From NCBI GenBank assembly GCA_040285855.1, contig JAUFOQ010000010.1, positions 1,364,001 through 1,428,000 of the forward strand: a DNA stretch of 64,000 nucleotides. The letters are read 5' to 3'. Under the pieces are notes generated by a model. That model had not been told where the DNA came from and searched no databases. It worked only from the letters and a program-made list of their open reading frames with translations. Positions 10,720 through 23,088 of the stretch are shown piece after piece; position 1 is the stretch's first letter; each line of letters begins with the position of its first letter. Made by a program: the position numbers and the translations under genes. The stretch is from Eukaryota sp. GEM-RC1. Lineage: Eukaryota.

Positions 10720-12783
10720 ATGCATCCAGTACTTAATACTCTAAGAGATGTACTCTTACATGATAAACACTTGTCAGCCAACGTAGTCTCCCAGATCTAC
10801 ACACTTTCCCTATCCTTCACCAACCACGGCGTTGACAACATCTGCTATCTTCTCACATGGATCGCAGATGTTGTTGACATGTACATCAAACAAACTCTCC
10901 TACCCCATGTCATTTCTGCTCTCAACAACTTCTCTTCCGTCAGCTCTCCATTCCTTCAATTCTCTTCCTTAGTGAATAAACTGGAAGGTATCTTCTCCTT
11001 CCTTGATGTTTACCTGCCATTGTTGCACCAATCTAGAGAGACTTTCTTCGTTGCTGAGCTGGACGGGTTTGGATTAATGGATGATGGACTGTCTAGTGTA
11101 AGGCAGGTGTGTTTTAAAATATTAAATAATTTAATGGTGGATCGGAGGGAGAATTTATTGGATGAAATGTTTTCAAAGATTAGTATGCTAACTGATGATT
11201 CGAAATTGTGTTTGAATTTTGAAATATTTGTGCTGAACATTTGTGATTTTCTATCAGGGTCTGCAATAGATATTTTATTCATGAAACTGTTCCATTATGT
11301 TATTAATTATTTCAAAAATTTCCATGATTTTAATATTTCTTTACTATCACGTGTATGTTCAGTTTATAATCAATTTTCAAATAGTCAATCACAAGTGCTC
11401 CAAGAATTTGGGAGTTCTTCACAATACTCAATTTTGAAATTATTGGAAAATTTAAATCCTTGTTTTTCTATTGATCAATTCTTTCAACAAATTCTGATAG
11501 AGCATTCTTCAAGTATGAATGAAAACATTAATTTTTCCATAATTTTAAATTTCTTTTATGGCAGTTTAGATGTTCATTTGTTTTCCAATCATTTATCCAA
11601 TCATTGTGTTCAATTAGCTGCTCAAGAGAATACTTCACAAATTTTAAAATATCTACTAATCATCCACGATATTGACACTGAATTCGACTTTATGATATTA
11701 TTTCAAAATTTCTCAGTCGACAACTTTGTTTCTATTACCATGGACTCCTTTAATATCGTTGAACATACCTTACCTATCTTTGCTAGCCTTGTCAAGACTT
11801 GGATTTCTCTACTAACGATTCAAAATTCAATTTTAGATTATTTACATTTTTTAAAACTACAAGTTTGTGAATGTATCTATAATTCATTTCCACATTTAAC
11901 TTCTGGTTTTGTTTTATGGATTAAATGGTTATCTTTTCTATTAGAAGACGATTCTTTTAAAATCATTGTTTCGGATGTGGAAAACTCTCTCGAAAATTTA
12001 AAATATTCACGAGGTAGTTTTCTGATAATCTCTCAAAGTTTTTGGCCTAGTTTCGAGGTAACAAATATTTCAAATATTGCTGAATTTGACTTTTCTTCTG
12101 TTCTTAAACACCCCTGTTTGAATCCGTCACTACTAGACTTTACTGCAATTCAATCGAAATTCTCTAGTTATAAAGTTCTTGAGCTCAAACCTGAGTCGTT
12201 TGTTGTGACTTTGGACTTTTCTATCAACGGGAACTCAATAGAAGTTAGAGCTAATGTTATTCAAGCTTGTATTCTTCATCTTTTTAATGATGTATCGGCA
12301 AAAATACCAATTTCAACTTTTAAAAGAATTGACTTTTTAGAAAATTATCCATATTCCGTTATTGAGAAAGAACTTCAATTGTTGGAAGAGAAAGAGTTGA
12401 TAATTGCAGTATCAACTTCATTTGGTGAGTTTTATCAAATCAATTCAAATTTTAATTTTTGTGCTTCTTCTCCAGTTGTGCTGTCCCGATTTATTTGTCC
12501 AGAAATTTTAAGAAATAATGAAAATATTCAATCACAAAGCACAGTTTATACAGATCAATTCAAAAAATCAAAAATTGAAGCATTTTTAGTCAGACTTTTG
12601 AAGAAAAACAAACGAATGTCGATATTTGCCATAAGGAAGGAACTATCCAAGAATCTCAAAAAACTGCATAACTCTGAACAAATTGAAAATTCAATTCTGG
12701 ACGAATATTTAGAATCTCTAGCAGAAAGAGAACTAATAGTAAAAGAAAAAAGAAGAAAAGGTATGTACAAATATTTTGAATAA
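10720..12783 (+). CDS. Divergent cullin-family protein
   Basis: Cullin-homology features (IISQSFWP, NVIQACILHLFN) and a C-terminal winged helix IEAFLVRLLKKNKRMS..LESLAERELI. Confidence 0.75.
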   Translation: MHPVLNTLRDVLLHDKHLSANVVSQIYTLSLSFTNHGVDNICYLLTWIADVVDMYIKQTLLPHVISALNNFSSVSSPFLQFSSLVNKLEGIFSFLDVYLPLLHQSRETFFVAELDGFGLMDDGLSSVRQVCFKILNNLMVDRRENLLDEMFSKISMLTDDSKLCLNFEIFVLNICDFLSGSAIDILFMKLFHYVINYFKNFHDFNISLLSRVCSVYNQFSNSQSQVLQEFGSSSQYSILKLLENLNPCFSIDQFFQQILIEHSSSMNENINFSIILNFFYGSLDVHLFSNHLSNHCVQLAAQENTSQILKYLLIIHDIDTEFDFMILFQNFSVDNFVSITMDSFNIVEHTLPIFASLVKTWISLLTIQNSILDYLHFLKLQVCECIYNSFPHLTSGFVLWIKWLSFLLEDDSFKIIVSDVENSLENLKYSRGSFLIISQSFWPSFEVTNISNIAEFDFSSVLKHPCLNPSLLDFTAIQSKFSSYKVLELKPESFVVTLDFSINGNSIEVRANVIQACILHLFNDVSAKIPISTFKRIDFLENYPYSVIEKELQLLEEKELIIAVSTSFGEFYQINSNFNFCASSPVVLSRFICPEILRNNENIQSQSTVYTDQFKKSKIEAFLVRLLKKNKRMSIFAIRKELSKNLKKLHNSEQIENSILDEYLESLAERELIVKEKRRKGMYKYFE

Positions 12784-12791
12784 TTCAAAAG

Positions 12792-13805
12792 TCATCCAAA
12801 TTTTTGCTTGATTATTTTTGCATTTGACAATAGAGTTTCTCGCAATTCTTCAATCACTTTGTTTTGATTTTGGACTGTTTTTTCCAGCATCTTCTGTTGA
12901 TTTTTCAAATCATCAAAAGATTCAATCATATCTTGAGCTTTCAAATGACAATCTTTTAGAGAATTTAGTCGTTCAATCAGAAATGGAACCGAATCACGTA
13001 ATTTTTCAAATTTAGTCAAATGACTGTACAAGTATTGAATAAGTTCTGAATTCTTTTGGGAAATATCTAATATTTCATTTTTCGACTCTTCATCCAAAGA
13101 ATAAACTGTTTTCTTTAATTCTGAATTATACCTTTTCACTTTGTCCAATGATATCACGTCAGCAGTCTTTTTCAAATCAGCCACAACTCCAAGTAGACTT
13201 TCCCCTTTAGGAAGTAAATAAGAAGGTCCTATTAGTTGCTCTAGGTTGTGGACTGCCTCTTCTACAGTAAGGAGAGACGATTCTGAGAAACAATTGAATG
13301 AAAACGACTCAGATTGGGAGAAATCTTGTAATTTTTGGATAATATCGTCTAGTTCTAATACAGAAGTTTCCTTTGTGTAATGAGTGATGTTATACTTACG
13401 AGCATAATCATCTAAACTCTTGGAAAGTTCATCGGTAGAGTCAACCAAAGGTGTAAGTTGGTTCTCCTTAAGATACTCTTGGAACTCCTGAACCTCATCT
13501 TGGAGTTCCTGATAGCGATCTATTGGACGGATGGCCGGAAGGGAAGGAGCTCGGGGAAGGTCGTGTGTGTAAGTGTCTTGATCTAAGGGTTTAGAGGTTT
13601 TAGGAGTGAAGGAGTGGGTGGCAAAGGTTTCGTGGATGGTTTTGAGGCTGGGTATAGTCGTGACTATTTGGTCATTTGGTTGGGATTCAGGGAATGTTAT
13701 GAGAGGGTGAGCAGAGGAGTCTCCAGAAACAAGACATTGTGGTTCATTCTCAATGGCTTTTGGAAAGGTAAGTTGGCCTTTTACGTGTCCAAAGTTGGAG
13801 GTCAT
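12792..13805 (-). CDS. DCTN2: Dynactin subunit 2 (dynamitin/p50)
   Basis: PIDRYQELQDEV and VPFLIERLNSLKDCHLKA..FDDLKNQQ resemble conserved dynamitin blocks; coiled-coil character. Confidence 0.7.
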   Translation of the reverse strand: MTSNFGHVKGQLTFPKAIENEPQCLVSGDSSAHPLITFPESQPNDQIVTTIPSLKTIHETFATHSFTPKTSKPLDQDTYTHDLPRAPSLPAIRPIDRYQELQDEVQEFQEYLKENQLTPLVDSTDELSKSLDDYARKYNITHYTKETSVLELDDIIQKLQDFSQSESFSFNCFSESSLLTVEEAVHNLEQLIGPSYLLPKGESLLGVVADLKKTADVISLDKVKRYNSELKKTVYSLDEESKNEILDISQKNSELIQYLYSHLTKFEKLRDSVPFLIERLNSLKDCHLKAQDMIESFDDLKNQQKMLEKTVQNQNKVIEELRETLLSNAKIIKQKFG

Positions 13806-13892
13806 GACAAAGATAAACTTCTATAACTTTTAGACAGTTATTGACTTAGATCCACTCCCCCTGATCTTCAGGTTTACAGAATTTCCTCCACA

Positions 13893-14750
13893 ATGTCTCT
13901 ACAAGGAGCTATGGAAATCTCCAAAAACACAAAGCAAGATTCCATTGTCTGTTTTGAATGTGAAGAAGCTCTCGCCACTGTCTTTTGCAGTGAATGTGAT
14001 GCCAATTACTGTGGAGATTGTTCCTCGGCTGCTCACAAGCTGAAAGCCTTACGATCTCACTCAGTTGTCCCTATTCATCCTACAATATCTATCTCCGTTT
14101 GTGATTCTCCTCCTTCTTTAAGAATTAATGTGGGAGTTTGGGTTTGGAATGAATCCTTTTTAAATGATCTCTCTGAAAAAATTAAAAAAGGTTTTGCTGA
14201 AAATTGGGGTGATGTCGATCTTTCAATTAATTCATTCACTAGTAAAGTTCAAAGCTTTAAAGAACTCACAAGATTTGATGTTTTAGTAGTTGATGGGCTA
14301 AGTTGTTTATGTCCAGGTCAATTTCTTGACCAGTTTTTAAACCAAGACAAGGGTTTGGTTTTGTTTAATTCTCGGCCAAGTTCTATCAAAGGAGGATTTA
14401 GTAATTCTTGTTTCAATGGAGGTGGTGATGGTAGTTATCTTACCGGGCAAACCCAACATGTCATGGTAAAAACTCTACCAAATGATCCTATTTTTCTTAA
14501 TGTAAACAGTTTTTCTATTAACTTTGGTTTTCGAACTCAAAAGTCTGTTAATGGAACTCTGTTAGCTACTGTTAATTCTGGAATTCCTTTAATTGCAAAG
14601 AAAGAAGTTGGTGGAGGTAGACTTGTAGAGTTTGGGTGCCCCTGTTTTTCTAGTGACTCTAATAGCCAAGGTCCTTGTTGGTCAAGTTCAACTGATGGAC
14701 ATAGATTGTTTGCTAATTCTATTATTTGGGTAAATCAAATGGTTAAGTAG
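13893..14750 (+). CDS. TRIM-like family copy A: RING-less, B-box1 fused directly to the variable C-terminal domain
   Basis: CFECEE..C..C..C..C..H B-box followed by the family domain RINVGVWV..FANSIIWVN; intact ORF. Confidence 0.85.
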   Translation: MSLQGAMEISKNTKQDSIVCFECEEALATVFCSECDANYCGDCSSAAHKLKALRSHSVVPIHPTISISVCDSPPSLRINVGVWVWNESFLNDLSEKIKKGFAENWGDVDLSINSFTSKVQSFKELTRFDVLVVDGLSCLCPGQFLDQFLNQDKGLVLFNSRPSSIKGGFSNSCFNGGGDGSYLTGQTQHVMVKTLPNDPIFLNVNSFSINFGFRTQKSVNGTLLATVNSGIPLIAKKEVGGGRLVEFGCPCFSSDSNSQGPCWSSSTDGHRLFANSIIWVNQMVK

Positions 14751-16101
14751 TGTCAATCAGAATTTCTTATACAGTGTAAACCGTATGTTTGGTATATTGA
14801 CTTCAACTACATGTACTGAATGAATCTATAATTTCTCATGGTGTTTTAATCATTGTTTTTTGAAACTATCCTCGTCAATTTAAATCTAGCATATATATGT
14901 TTCAGGGCTACAGTCTACCCTCATTATGTCCGATTCTCATTAAGGTCAAATTTCGACTGCCCGACATTTTCTCGTGCTTAACTCCGATTCTCGTGCTGTG
15001 CAATACTGTACTTGTGTTACACAATTACGGTATTAGTATTATTTTATGAATACTAATATAGAGCAAAAATAGTACGATAAGTACAAAGCATTAATATATT
15101 TAGTTTTGAATTGAATTCAATAAGCAAAGTTGCGAAAAAATGTTCAATAATTTTAGCCAAATCAAAAGAGAAATTCAATAAACATTATCACTATAGTTCT
15201 TTATGTGGACCAAAACTGGTAATTCTGAGGCAAAATACAGAAATAGCTATGGTGGTCTTAACTCTTGCAAAGCTGGGACTTGATGCTGTTAAAACATGGT
15301 TGTTTTATCATGTATTGTTGTCATGCGAACTCAAAAGCATAATGAAAGTTTGGAATATACTAACGCAATTATCCACCCATTTTAATTAGCTTTTTATAGG
15401 TAGTAAACGCCATTATAACAATCCGAGTATCGTTGAGGAGCAATTGTGTTACATTACTAGTACATCTGCAGAGTACATGTCGTCCTGTCAATTACTTTAA
15501 TATTTCCGTTGAGACCAGTACATGTAAACTCTGGAAGATGTTTTAGTCGGTCTCAGGTATGATGATTATCTTGAACCATTAACAGTAATAACCTACAAAA
15601 TTGAAGAATTGAAATTTTTTAGCATTTATATTTGACTTGTTAGTGAAAGGACACATTAACACCCTCTATAAGTTCACTTTTACTCTTTACATGTATGGTA
15701 AGACCAGTCCATTGATACAATTAAATGAGTCAACTTTAATTCGTACATAAGATTTACTAATATATACACAGTAATATAAAGTTTGTCTCGTGTTTGATAG
15801 AAAGGGTGTACTGCAATGCAAATTCCATTTGATACGGACTCCCCTTAGGATGCACTAATAAAGTAGTAATCAATCGTGTAATGCAGTTAGAGTCTTTCAC
15901 CATCAATACGAATCTGAAGTCAGTAATTGTGTTGTTGAGTCACGTTCAGTCTAGTTAAAGTTACAATCAAACCATTCATTGCCTTGGAGGATTTTGCCAG
16001 AATTAGATATTAAGGCTAAATGTTTGAAGTTCTAACTGTAGAAGGTTTCTTAGATTTAGAACTGATTAGTATGTCCAAAGGTACTGTATTTCCGACTAGT
16101 A

Positions 16102-16428
16102 TTTGTATTAGGGTTGTCAATGACTCAAGTCGAGTGACTTGACTTGGAAATTCCCAAGTCGACGTGAGCAAAATGACTTGACTTTTATAATGACTTGGGT
16201 GTGAGTGCTGATAGAAATGCATCATTAACCAATGCTCATCATGATTTTCAGTTGCCCACCGTCTATAAAAATTACTTACAAGTCAAGTCAGATGACTCGA
16301 CTTGGAAAAAATCAAGTCGACTTGACTTTGACTTGAGTCAAATGGAAAAAATGACTCGACTTGAAATGACTTGACTCAAGTCGATCGACTTGCGACTTGA
16401 GTCAAGTCATTGATTACCCTAATACAAA
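16102..16428. mobile_element. hAT-like MITE or foldback with GACTT/AAGTC subterminal arrays
   Basis: Imperfect inverted ends TTTGTATTAGGGTTGTCAATGACT and AGTCATTGATTACCCTAATACAAA, with many TGACTTGAC motifs inside. No direct TSD found. Confidence 0.7.
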
Positions 16429-16481
16429 CATACATCACCTTAATTGACCAGGATTTCAGTTATTCATTTACTCTTCCTCAA

Positions 16482-18533
16482 ATGTATCATCTTGAATGCT
16501 CCGTATGCGAAGAACTGATGGAGAATCCCACCACGCTTCCATGTGGTCACAGTTTTTGCCGTGACAAATGTCTTGTGCAATGGTTAAAACAAAAAGAAGC
16601 GGCTTCTTGTCCCGTATGTCGAGAACCAATACCTTCCACGCCTCTCCGTGTCAACATCGCTTTACGTGACGCTATTGAAATTGCTAAAAACTCAAAGCAA
16701 GATGCGGCCATCTGTTTTGAATGTGAAGAAGCTCCTGCCACTCTTTTTTGTGGTGACTGTGACGCTAGTTACTGTGAAGAATGTTCCTCCGCCCTTCATC
16801 GTCCCAAAGCGTTCCGATCCCACTCAATTGTTCCTATCAACCAAAAACCTACCATCTCTTCATCTAAATGCCCTCGCCACCCCTCTAAACCTCTCGAACA
16901 CTTCTGCACCAAGTGTTTGGTATCTATATGCGACTCATGTGGACTTTTAATGGGTCACGCTAAACACTGTGAGGAATTGATTCCTCTTTTACAAGCCAAA
17001 GAGGACTTTGGACTCCAAGTCAAAGAGCTCCACCTCTCTTTGTCCAACGCTACTTCAAAAGTCTCTGGAAATAAAGAAGAAGTAGAAAAGGTTGTTGCTG
17101 AAGTTCTCGTCAATACTCAAACAATTCTTTATGACTTGATCAACAACTTGGTTAGAGAATCGTCTCAAAAGATTTTTGATGTTACTACTGGAAATACAGT
17201 CAGTTGTTCTCTAACTTTTGACAAAGAGTTGAGAGAAAAAGGTAATGAGTTTATTGAAAATGCTTTAGAGGTGTTAAAAGGCTTTAAACAATCATTTAAT
17301 GAAAGCTTTGAATTCATTGAGGAAAATGCAAAGTCCTTTCATTTGAAATTGTTGTCCAAATTGGTGAAGAAAGATTTAGTTGATGTAGAAGTGTTTGATG
17401 TGTCTTCAAAATCTAAGGAGATTCTAAAAATTGCTCAAATTTCTGATGGTTTTTCTATCAATTTCTCAGAACTACAAGAACTCGTGGTAATTGAAATTCA
17501 TCAAGAATTGAAACTCAAATTATTGAATAATTTCATCAATAACTCTCAAACTATTTCAATTTCTCAATTTAATTGGATTAAAGAAATTAACCCTGAATTA
17601 AACAATTTAATGTTTGAAACACTAGAGTTAAATTCACTAACTGAAGAAGAATTTCTTGCTCTAGTTGGTACTTTTATTGAACATTCCAATGTAGAATTGT
17701 TGTCAAAAGTAATCAATATTTTCTCATTCGAAAGTGTTCCTGTAATTCCAGTTATTCCTGGTAATTTATTATCACGAATCAATGTGGATAATGTTTCAAA
17801 TCAAAACAGGGAAATTTGGTTGGAAAAAGTTATTCTTAAAAATCTTGTTGGAGAAGAAATTCAAGTAATTGGTAGAAAACTCTTGGGTAGGGAGATTCCT
17901 TTAAGAATTAATGTCGGAGTTTGGGTTTATCATCAGTCATTGTTATACGACCTCACTGACAAAATTAAAAAAGGGTTTGCTGAAAATTGGGGAAATGTTA
18001 ATCTTTCAATTAATTCATTCACCAGCAAAGTTCAAAGCTTTGAAGAACTTGATAACTATGATGTTTTAGTTGTTGAAAGTCTTGATTTTCCTTGTCCAGG
18101 TCAATTTCTTGACCAGTTTTTAAACCAAGGTAAGGGTTTGGTTTTGTTCAATTGTTCTCCAAGTAATATTCAAGGAGGATTTAGTAATTCTTGTTTCAAT
18201 GAAGCTGGTAGGGGTAGTTATATTACCAATCAAAAAACCCAACATGACATGGTAAAAACTCTACCAAATGATCCTATTTTTCTTAATGTAAACAGTTTTT
18301 CTATTAACTGTGGTTTTCCAACTCAAAAGTCTGTTAATGGAACTCTATTAGCTACTGTTAATTCTGGAATTCCTTTAATTGCAAAGAAAGAGGTTGGTGG
18401 AGGTAGACTTGTAGAGTTTGGGTTTTTTTGTGTTTCTAAGGATGGTAATCCTGATGGATGGTATTGGCCAAGTTCAACTGATGGACACAAGTTGTTTGCT
18501 AATTCTATTATTTGGGTTAATAAAATGGTTTAA
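16482..18533 (+). CDS. TRIM-like family copy B: RING, B-box1, B-box2, coiled coil, variable GATase-like/ThuA-like domain
   Basis: C3HC4 RING (CSVC..PCGHSFC..CPVC), B-box1 CFEC.., B-box2 CPRH..FCTKC..CDSC..H..H, helical region, then C-terminal YDVLVV/FLNQGKGLVLF/GGGRLVEFG/KLFANSIIW. Intact ORF; ATG at 16482. Confidence 0.92.
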   Translation: MYHLECSVCEELMENPTTLPCGHSFCRDKCLVQWLKQKEAASCPVCREPIPSTPLRVNIALRDAIEIAKNSKQDAAICFECEEAPATLFCGDCDASYCEECSSALHRPKAFRSHSIVPINQKPTISSSKCPRHPSKPLEHFCTKCLVSICDSCGLLMGHAKHCEELIPLLQAKEDFGLQVKELHLSLSNATSKVSGNKEEVEKVVAEVLVNTQTILYDLINNLVRESSQKIFDVTTGNTVSCSLTFDKELREKGNEFIENALEVLKGFKQSFNESFEFIEENAKSFHLKLLSKLVKKDLVDVEVFDVSSKSKEILKIAQISDGFSINFSELQELVVIEIHQELKLKLLNNFINNSQTISISQFNWIKEINPELNNLMFETLELNSLTEEEFLALVGTFIEHSNVELLSKVINIFSFESVPVIPVIPGNLLSRINVDNVSNQNREIWLEKVILKNLVGEEIQVIGRKLLGREIPLRINVGVWVYHQSLLYDLTDKIKKGFAENWGNVNLSINSFTSKVQSFEELDNYDVLVVESLDFPCPGQFLDQFLNQGKGLVLFNCSPSNIQGGFSNSCFNEAGRGSYITNQKTQHDMVKTLPNDPIFLNVNSFSINCGFPTQKSVNGTLLATVNSGIPLIAKKEVGGGRLVEFGFFCVSKDGNPDGWYWPSSTDGHKLFANSIIWVNKMV

Positions 18534-20206
18534 ATAATGTCAAGTCAGAAATTGTTAGACTATGAAGTCTGTTTAACTTTGATTGTTGTTATGTTTCTAG
18601 TGCGATTGACTTCTGGAGTTTCTTTTTCATAGTTGTGAATCACATATATCATGACAATCCAAAATTGTTGACATCCTAATTGATTTCACGTATAAGTGTT
18701 CCCGAACACCAAATTATTATCCTAATATCATGTTTGGAATACAGAATCACTTTGTATTCTTCTATTGATTATGCAGTTTTACCATTTGTCTGAGTACTGA
18801 GTCAATTTATGATAATCAATTTAAGTCTACCACTGGTTTAAAAACACTACAATGTACAGTATTCGGGTTGTCTATTAAAGTTGATTGGGGATACAGTGGT
18901 TACGATGCTAATTTCTTTAACTTCTCACAAATAAGGAATTAGGTAAAGTCTAATAACATGTCGTCCGTATTACAAATTTTTACTAAAAAAAGGGTGCTCA
19001 AAAGAACTATTTTACATGGACCAACTTTGCCCTATTTCATAGAAGTTCTATTTCTTTAGGGTCGCAAAGACACGCTTTGACTGACGCAATTATTGATCAT
19101 TTGGAGCTGTTCTTGACATAAAACTCTAGTTCGTTCAGTCTTGTGGGAATGGAAGTTCTTGATAGAGATCGCTTGCAAAACTCGAAAACAAAAATTTTTC
19201 TACCATCAACGAATGAAGGTTTCCGTCCACCATTTTGAAGAAGTAAGTTCCAAACCTCCGAGATGTGCACTGAAAAACGTGTGGTTATTTAAAATTTTGG
19301 AGTTTACTTGTAGAAGGAAAGGAAAAAAATTTCTGGCAGTTTTGTTAAGAATTAGTTTTGGTACACCACTTTAGTTATCAGTTATAAACTCTATTGAAGC
19401 GTTCTCCATGTCTTTGTGGGTCTGTATTTTTGCAGAAATACTTCTTCAGTGCAATATCGAGGGATGCAATACCAAATTGAATTGGGAATTATAATATGTA
19501 CATTATTAGCTTTCAAATTATGCAAGCTAATTTTATTGCACATAATTGACAATTCATGGACCAATTTACCAGTTATTGTTATTGGAAACTAAAAGTATAT
19601 TATAATGTTGGGCTCCCGTTTCACTCGGTGACATCACCCAACTTTTTGAAATTTCACATGGGGTTACCCGGACTTCTACTCATCCATTGCTTTCAAACAA
19701 TTCTAAATATTGATCACGTAAACTGTTTTGAATGATTGATCTTAAATATATAAACCTACGATAATTGATCACACGATGAAAAAGGGCTAAGAAAAAACCA
19801 CATACATAATGACACTTTTGAAGGAGACCAACAGGCCATAAACATAACCCATCAAAGTGAACATCTTTAGAATGTCAATTTTGATCTTATGCAAAAATAC
19901 CATTGACGATATTGAAATGTTGCCACTGCTGAAACTAGGAATGTTAAATAGTTCAGTTCAATTTATGAACCATTTTTGTTCAACATTCTCTGTGAACTAG
20001 ACAGATTTACTGTTGTTGCTTATTGCGTGTTTGTCGAAGCAAACGAATTCGTTTTTATTGTGTATGAATTTTTTGTCTAATCTTCACTCATCCACCTTTT
20101 ATCTTAAGAACTCGAACTATTAGAACACAATTAACATAACGTTACGTTCACATTGATTTATCGTAGCAAGGCATCAACTGTTTAGTTACTCATAATAAGA
20201 CTCGTG

Positions 20207-21219
20207 TCATCTTGATTTTTTGAGAGGCTTTGATCCTGATTTTTTACATTTTTTTCGGTCATAAAGAGGTTTTGGAGACATCGCAGGAACACCAGCTGAT
20301 ACATTTGGTGAAGCTTGATGGATAGAAAATACCTGAGCAGGATCACAAGCAAATGGTGGTTGACGAAAGAAAGATAAATATGAGTCCGCGTTCACACTGA
20401 TAGAGCAATTAAAATTCTGATTAATTTGAATGAAATTGTTGATAACAGTAGGATACAAGTCTGCTTCTCTTTCTATATGAGAATCGCGTCTCTTCTCACC
20501 TAGAATAGGGTCAGAAAGCAAATTACTTCCACAGAAATATTCTTCGTCAATAAAATTGATTATATTGACGAAAGTTGAGTCCTGCAAATAAACCAAATCA
20601 GAAATACTGATCTTGTTAAAAAATGATCCAAGTTCCTTCTTTAACTCATCACATGCATCGGTAAAAGGAAATTGGCCCATGATGATAAAAACTTTGTGGC
20701 ACCTTGGGATATTCCAAGTTAAGAACTCATTCTCAGCTTTCTGCTCTTCTGTCATCTGTTCAACATAAGAAATGTCCGTCTTTGAAGGCTCATGGAAATA
20801 TCTATAACCATTGGCGAGCGAAAACCATTTCTTCAGCATATACCCTTTCGATTTGACAGTGGCTGAACATTTCCATTCCTCAGAAATACGGGTGTAGATC
20901 ACTTTTTGGAAAAAAAGTATAAATAATAATGGAATGGAAACCATTGAGGAGCCAATTCATGGACTTCCCCTTTGAAATGTGCATCAAGGTGGTTCAAGAA
21001 CTTAGCTCCAGTTGAAACTGGGCACTCTACCCACAGCCCTTTTATGCTGGTAGGTGTTTCTATCCTCATACCAGGCATCAAAGCCTGGTATACATCACAC
21101 AAATTGAACTTTGGTCTGGCGGTGCTGATTGTGTGCACTAATTCCTTGAACTTCAGTTGTTCATGTAAGGGAATAATTGATTCACTTATACGAGAATCTT
21201 GTGAAGGAGGATGAGACAT
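20207..21219 (-). CDS. Hypothetical protein split over two overlapping frames
   Basis: ORFs 20899-21219 and 20207-20944 overlap around an A7 run; no recognised domain. Confidence 0.4.
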
Positions 21220-22464
21220 GTCAAAAGAAGAGGATATGTTTTGTGATCAGCTTTTGGTGAAGTGAATCTGTGTCTAGGTGCATGTGATTTTCCTTCTAAC
21301 ATTTACACCATAAATCATCTTCATTTTCTGTGTCATCTTTATCATCTTTCAGCTTTCACACAGAAAATGAACTTTAATTGTGACATATTCAACACTGAAG
21401 TTCTTCGATCAGAGGAATTTGATTCTGTCTTCTACTATGGGTGGGAGAAGATGTAGTATTTCCTTCTAGTTTTCATTTATCAAATTATTTCACCTCCATT
21501 GAGCAATTGTAGCCGTTGTGTTCACCGCACCGAACAATTTCCTCAATCTAGATGAAATACGTATATATAAAGCTGAACTGATTTTTTTTCTAAAATCTAA
21601 TCGAGACTCTAAGTAATGTTCATAAAATGGAAGAAAATCAGTAATTAGAACTAGTAATTACGTTTCAACCAAGATTTTGGAACACGTGATTAATATAATT
21701 GTATCTGGATCATAAGGATAAGGATGTTGTTCAATTGAACAAGTTTTTCAAAGAGCCATGTTACTTTGAAGGATGTTCGGTCTCTCTAAAAGACTCGAGT
21801 TTGATTATTACTGAATCAAGGTATTTACTACTATGTACGTATGGCCTGTTAAAAATCTAAATGAGCTATTGTCTTGGAATAGTTTTAAATTATGAAAACT
21901 TGTTGGCAGTTGGGAGTGGTAGTAAAAATGCCAGTATACTCGGTGTGCAAAAATCTTTCCAACCGTCTAATATAAGACCAAATGCAGTTTCTCATAATTC
22001 GAACTTATAGGTGAGCAACAATAATATTAACAATTATAATCGTTCAGAATACATGAGAAACGTCTTGGATCTTATTGGTTTCAATCAGGTATTTGATCTA
22101 GGAGATTACCGAGGCTAACTATCCACAGATGTTGACTGTTTTATCAGTTTTATAGTAAGACCTTAGTGGGTTTGAACTTCACTGTTATTAAAGTAGTAGG
22201 TATGAAGTCATTGTAATTCAGAGATAGTTATTGTTGATAACAAACTTGTTAGGTTTTGACATGTGGCATTAAGTTGCCGTGTTCTGCAAATGTTTCACCT
22301 TGACACACACAGTTGTAGTTATCAATTATGCACTGATCAATAGCCACATAGAGACATCTTGGAGATGTTGAGTGGATATCACAATCTCTATTTACTTTGA
22401 AGAAGGCGTTATAAATTTGTTTGGATGAGTTCTTCATAGGAAAATACTTTTCAATAAAGAGAGA

Positions 22465-23088
22465 AAATATTGGAGTTTGGGTTTATCATAGACCCTATTT
22501 AAACGACTTCACTGAAAAAATTAAAAAAGGTTTTGCTGAAAATTGGGGAAATGTTAATCTTTCAATTATTTCATTCACTAGTCAAGTTCAAAGCTTTGAA
22601 GAACTTGAAAACTATGATGTTTTAGTTGTTGAAAGTCTTAGTTGTCCTTGCCCAGGCCAATTTTTTGATCAGTTTTTAAACCAAGGTAAGGGTTTGGTTT
22701 TGTTTAATTGTTTTCCAAGTGGTATTCAAGGAGGATTTAGTAATTCTTGTTTCAATGGAGGTGGTGATGGGGGTGGCTTCCTAATAATCAACAAACTCAA
22801 CATCACATGGTAAAAACTCTACCAAATGATCCTATTTTTTTTAATGTAAACAGTTTCTGTACTAACTGTGGTTTTCAAACTCAAAAGTCTGTTAATGGAA
22901 CTCTATTAGCTACTGTTAATTCTGGAATTCCTTTAATTGCAAAGAAAGAAGTTGGTGGAGGTAGACTTGTAGAGTTTGGGTTTTTTTGTAGTTCTAGTGA
23001 CTCTAATACAGGATGGAATTGGTCAAGTTCAACTGACGGGCACAAGTTGTTTGCTAATTCTATTATTTGGGTAAATAAAATGGATTAA
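22465..23088 (+). pseudogene. TRIM-like family copy C: C-terminal variable domain only, with no N-terminus or credible start
   Basis: Homology starts abruptly at NIGVWVYHRPY and there is a frameshift in a G run near 22770. The 3' flank resembles that of copy B. Confidence 0.85.

Noticed and set aside
14903..15010. Complete pogo-like element starting TA-CAGTCTACCCTC
   Set aside because: Only one plausible terminus; no matching right TIR found.
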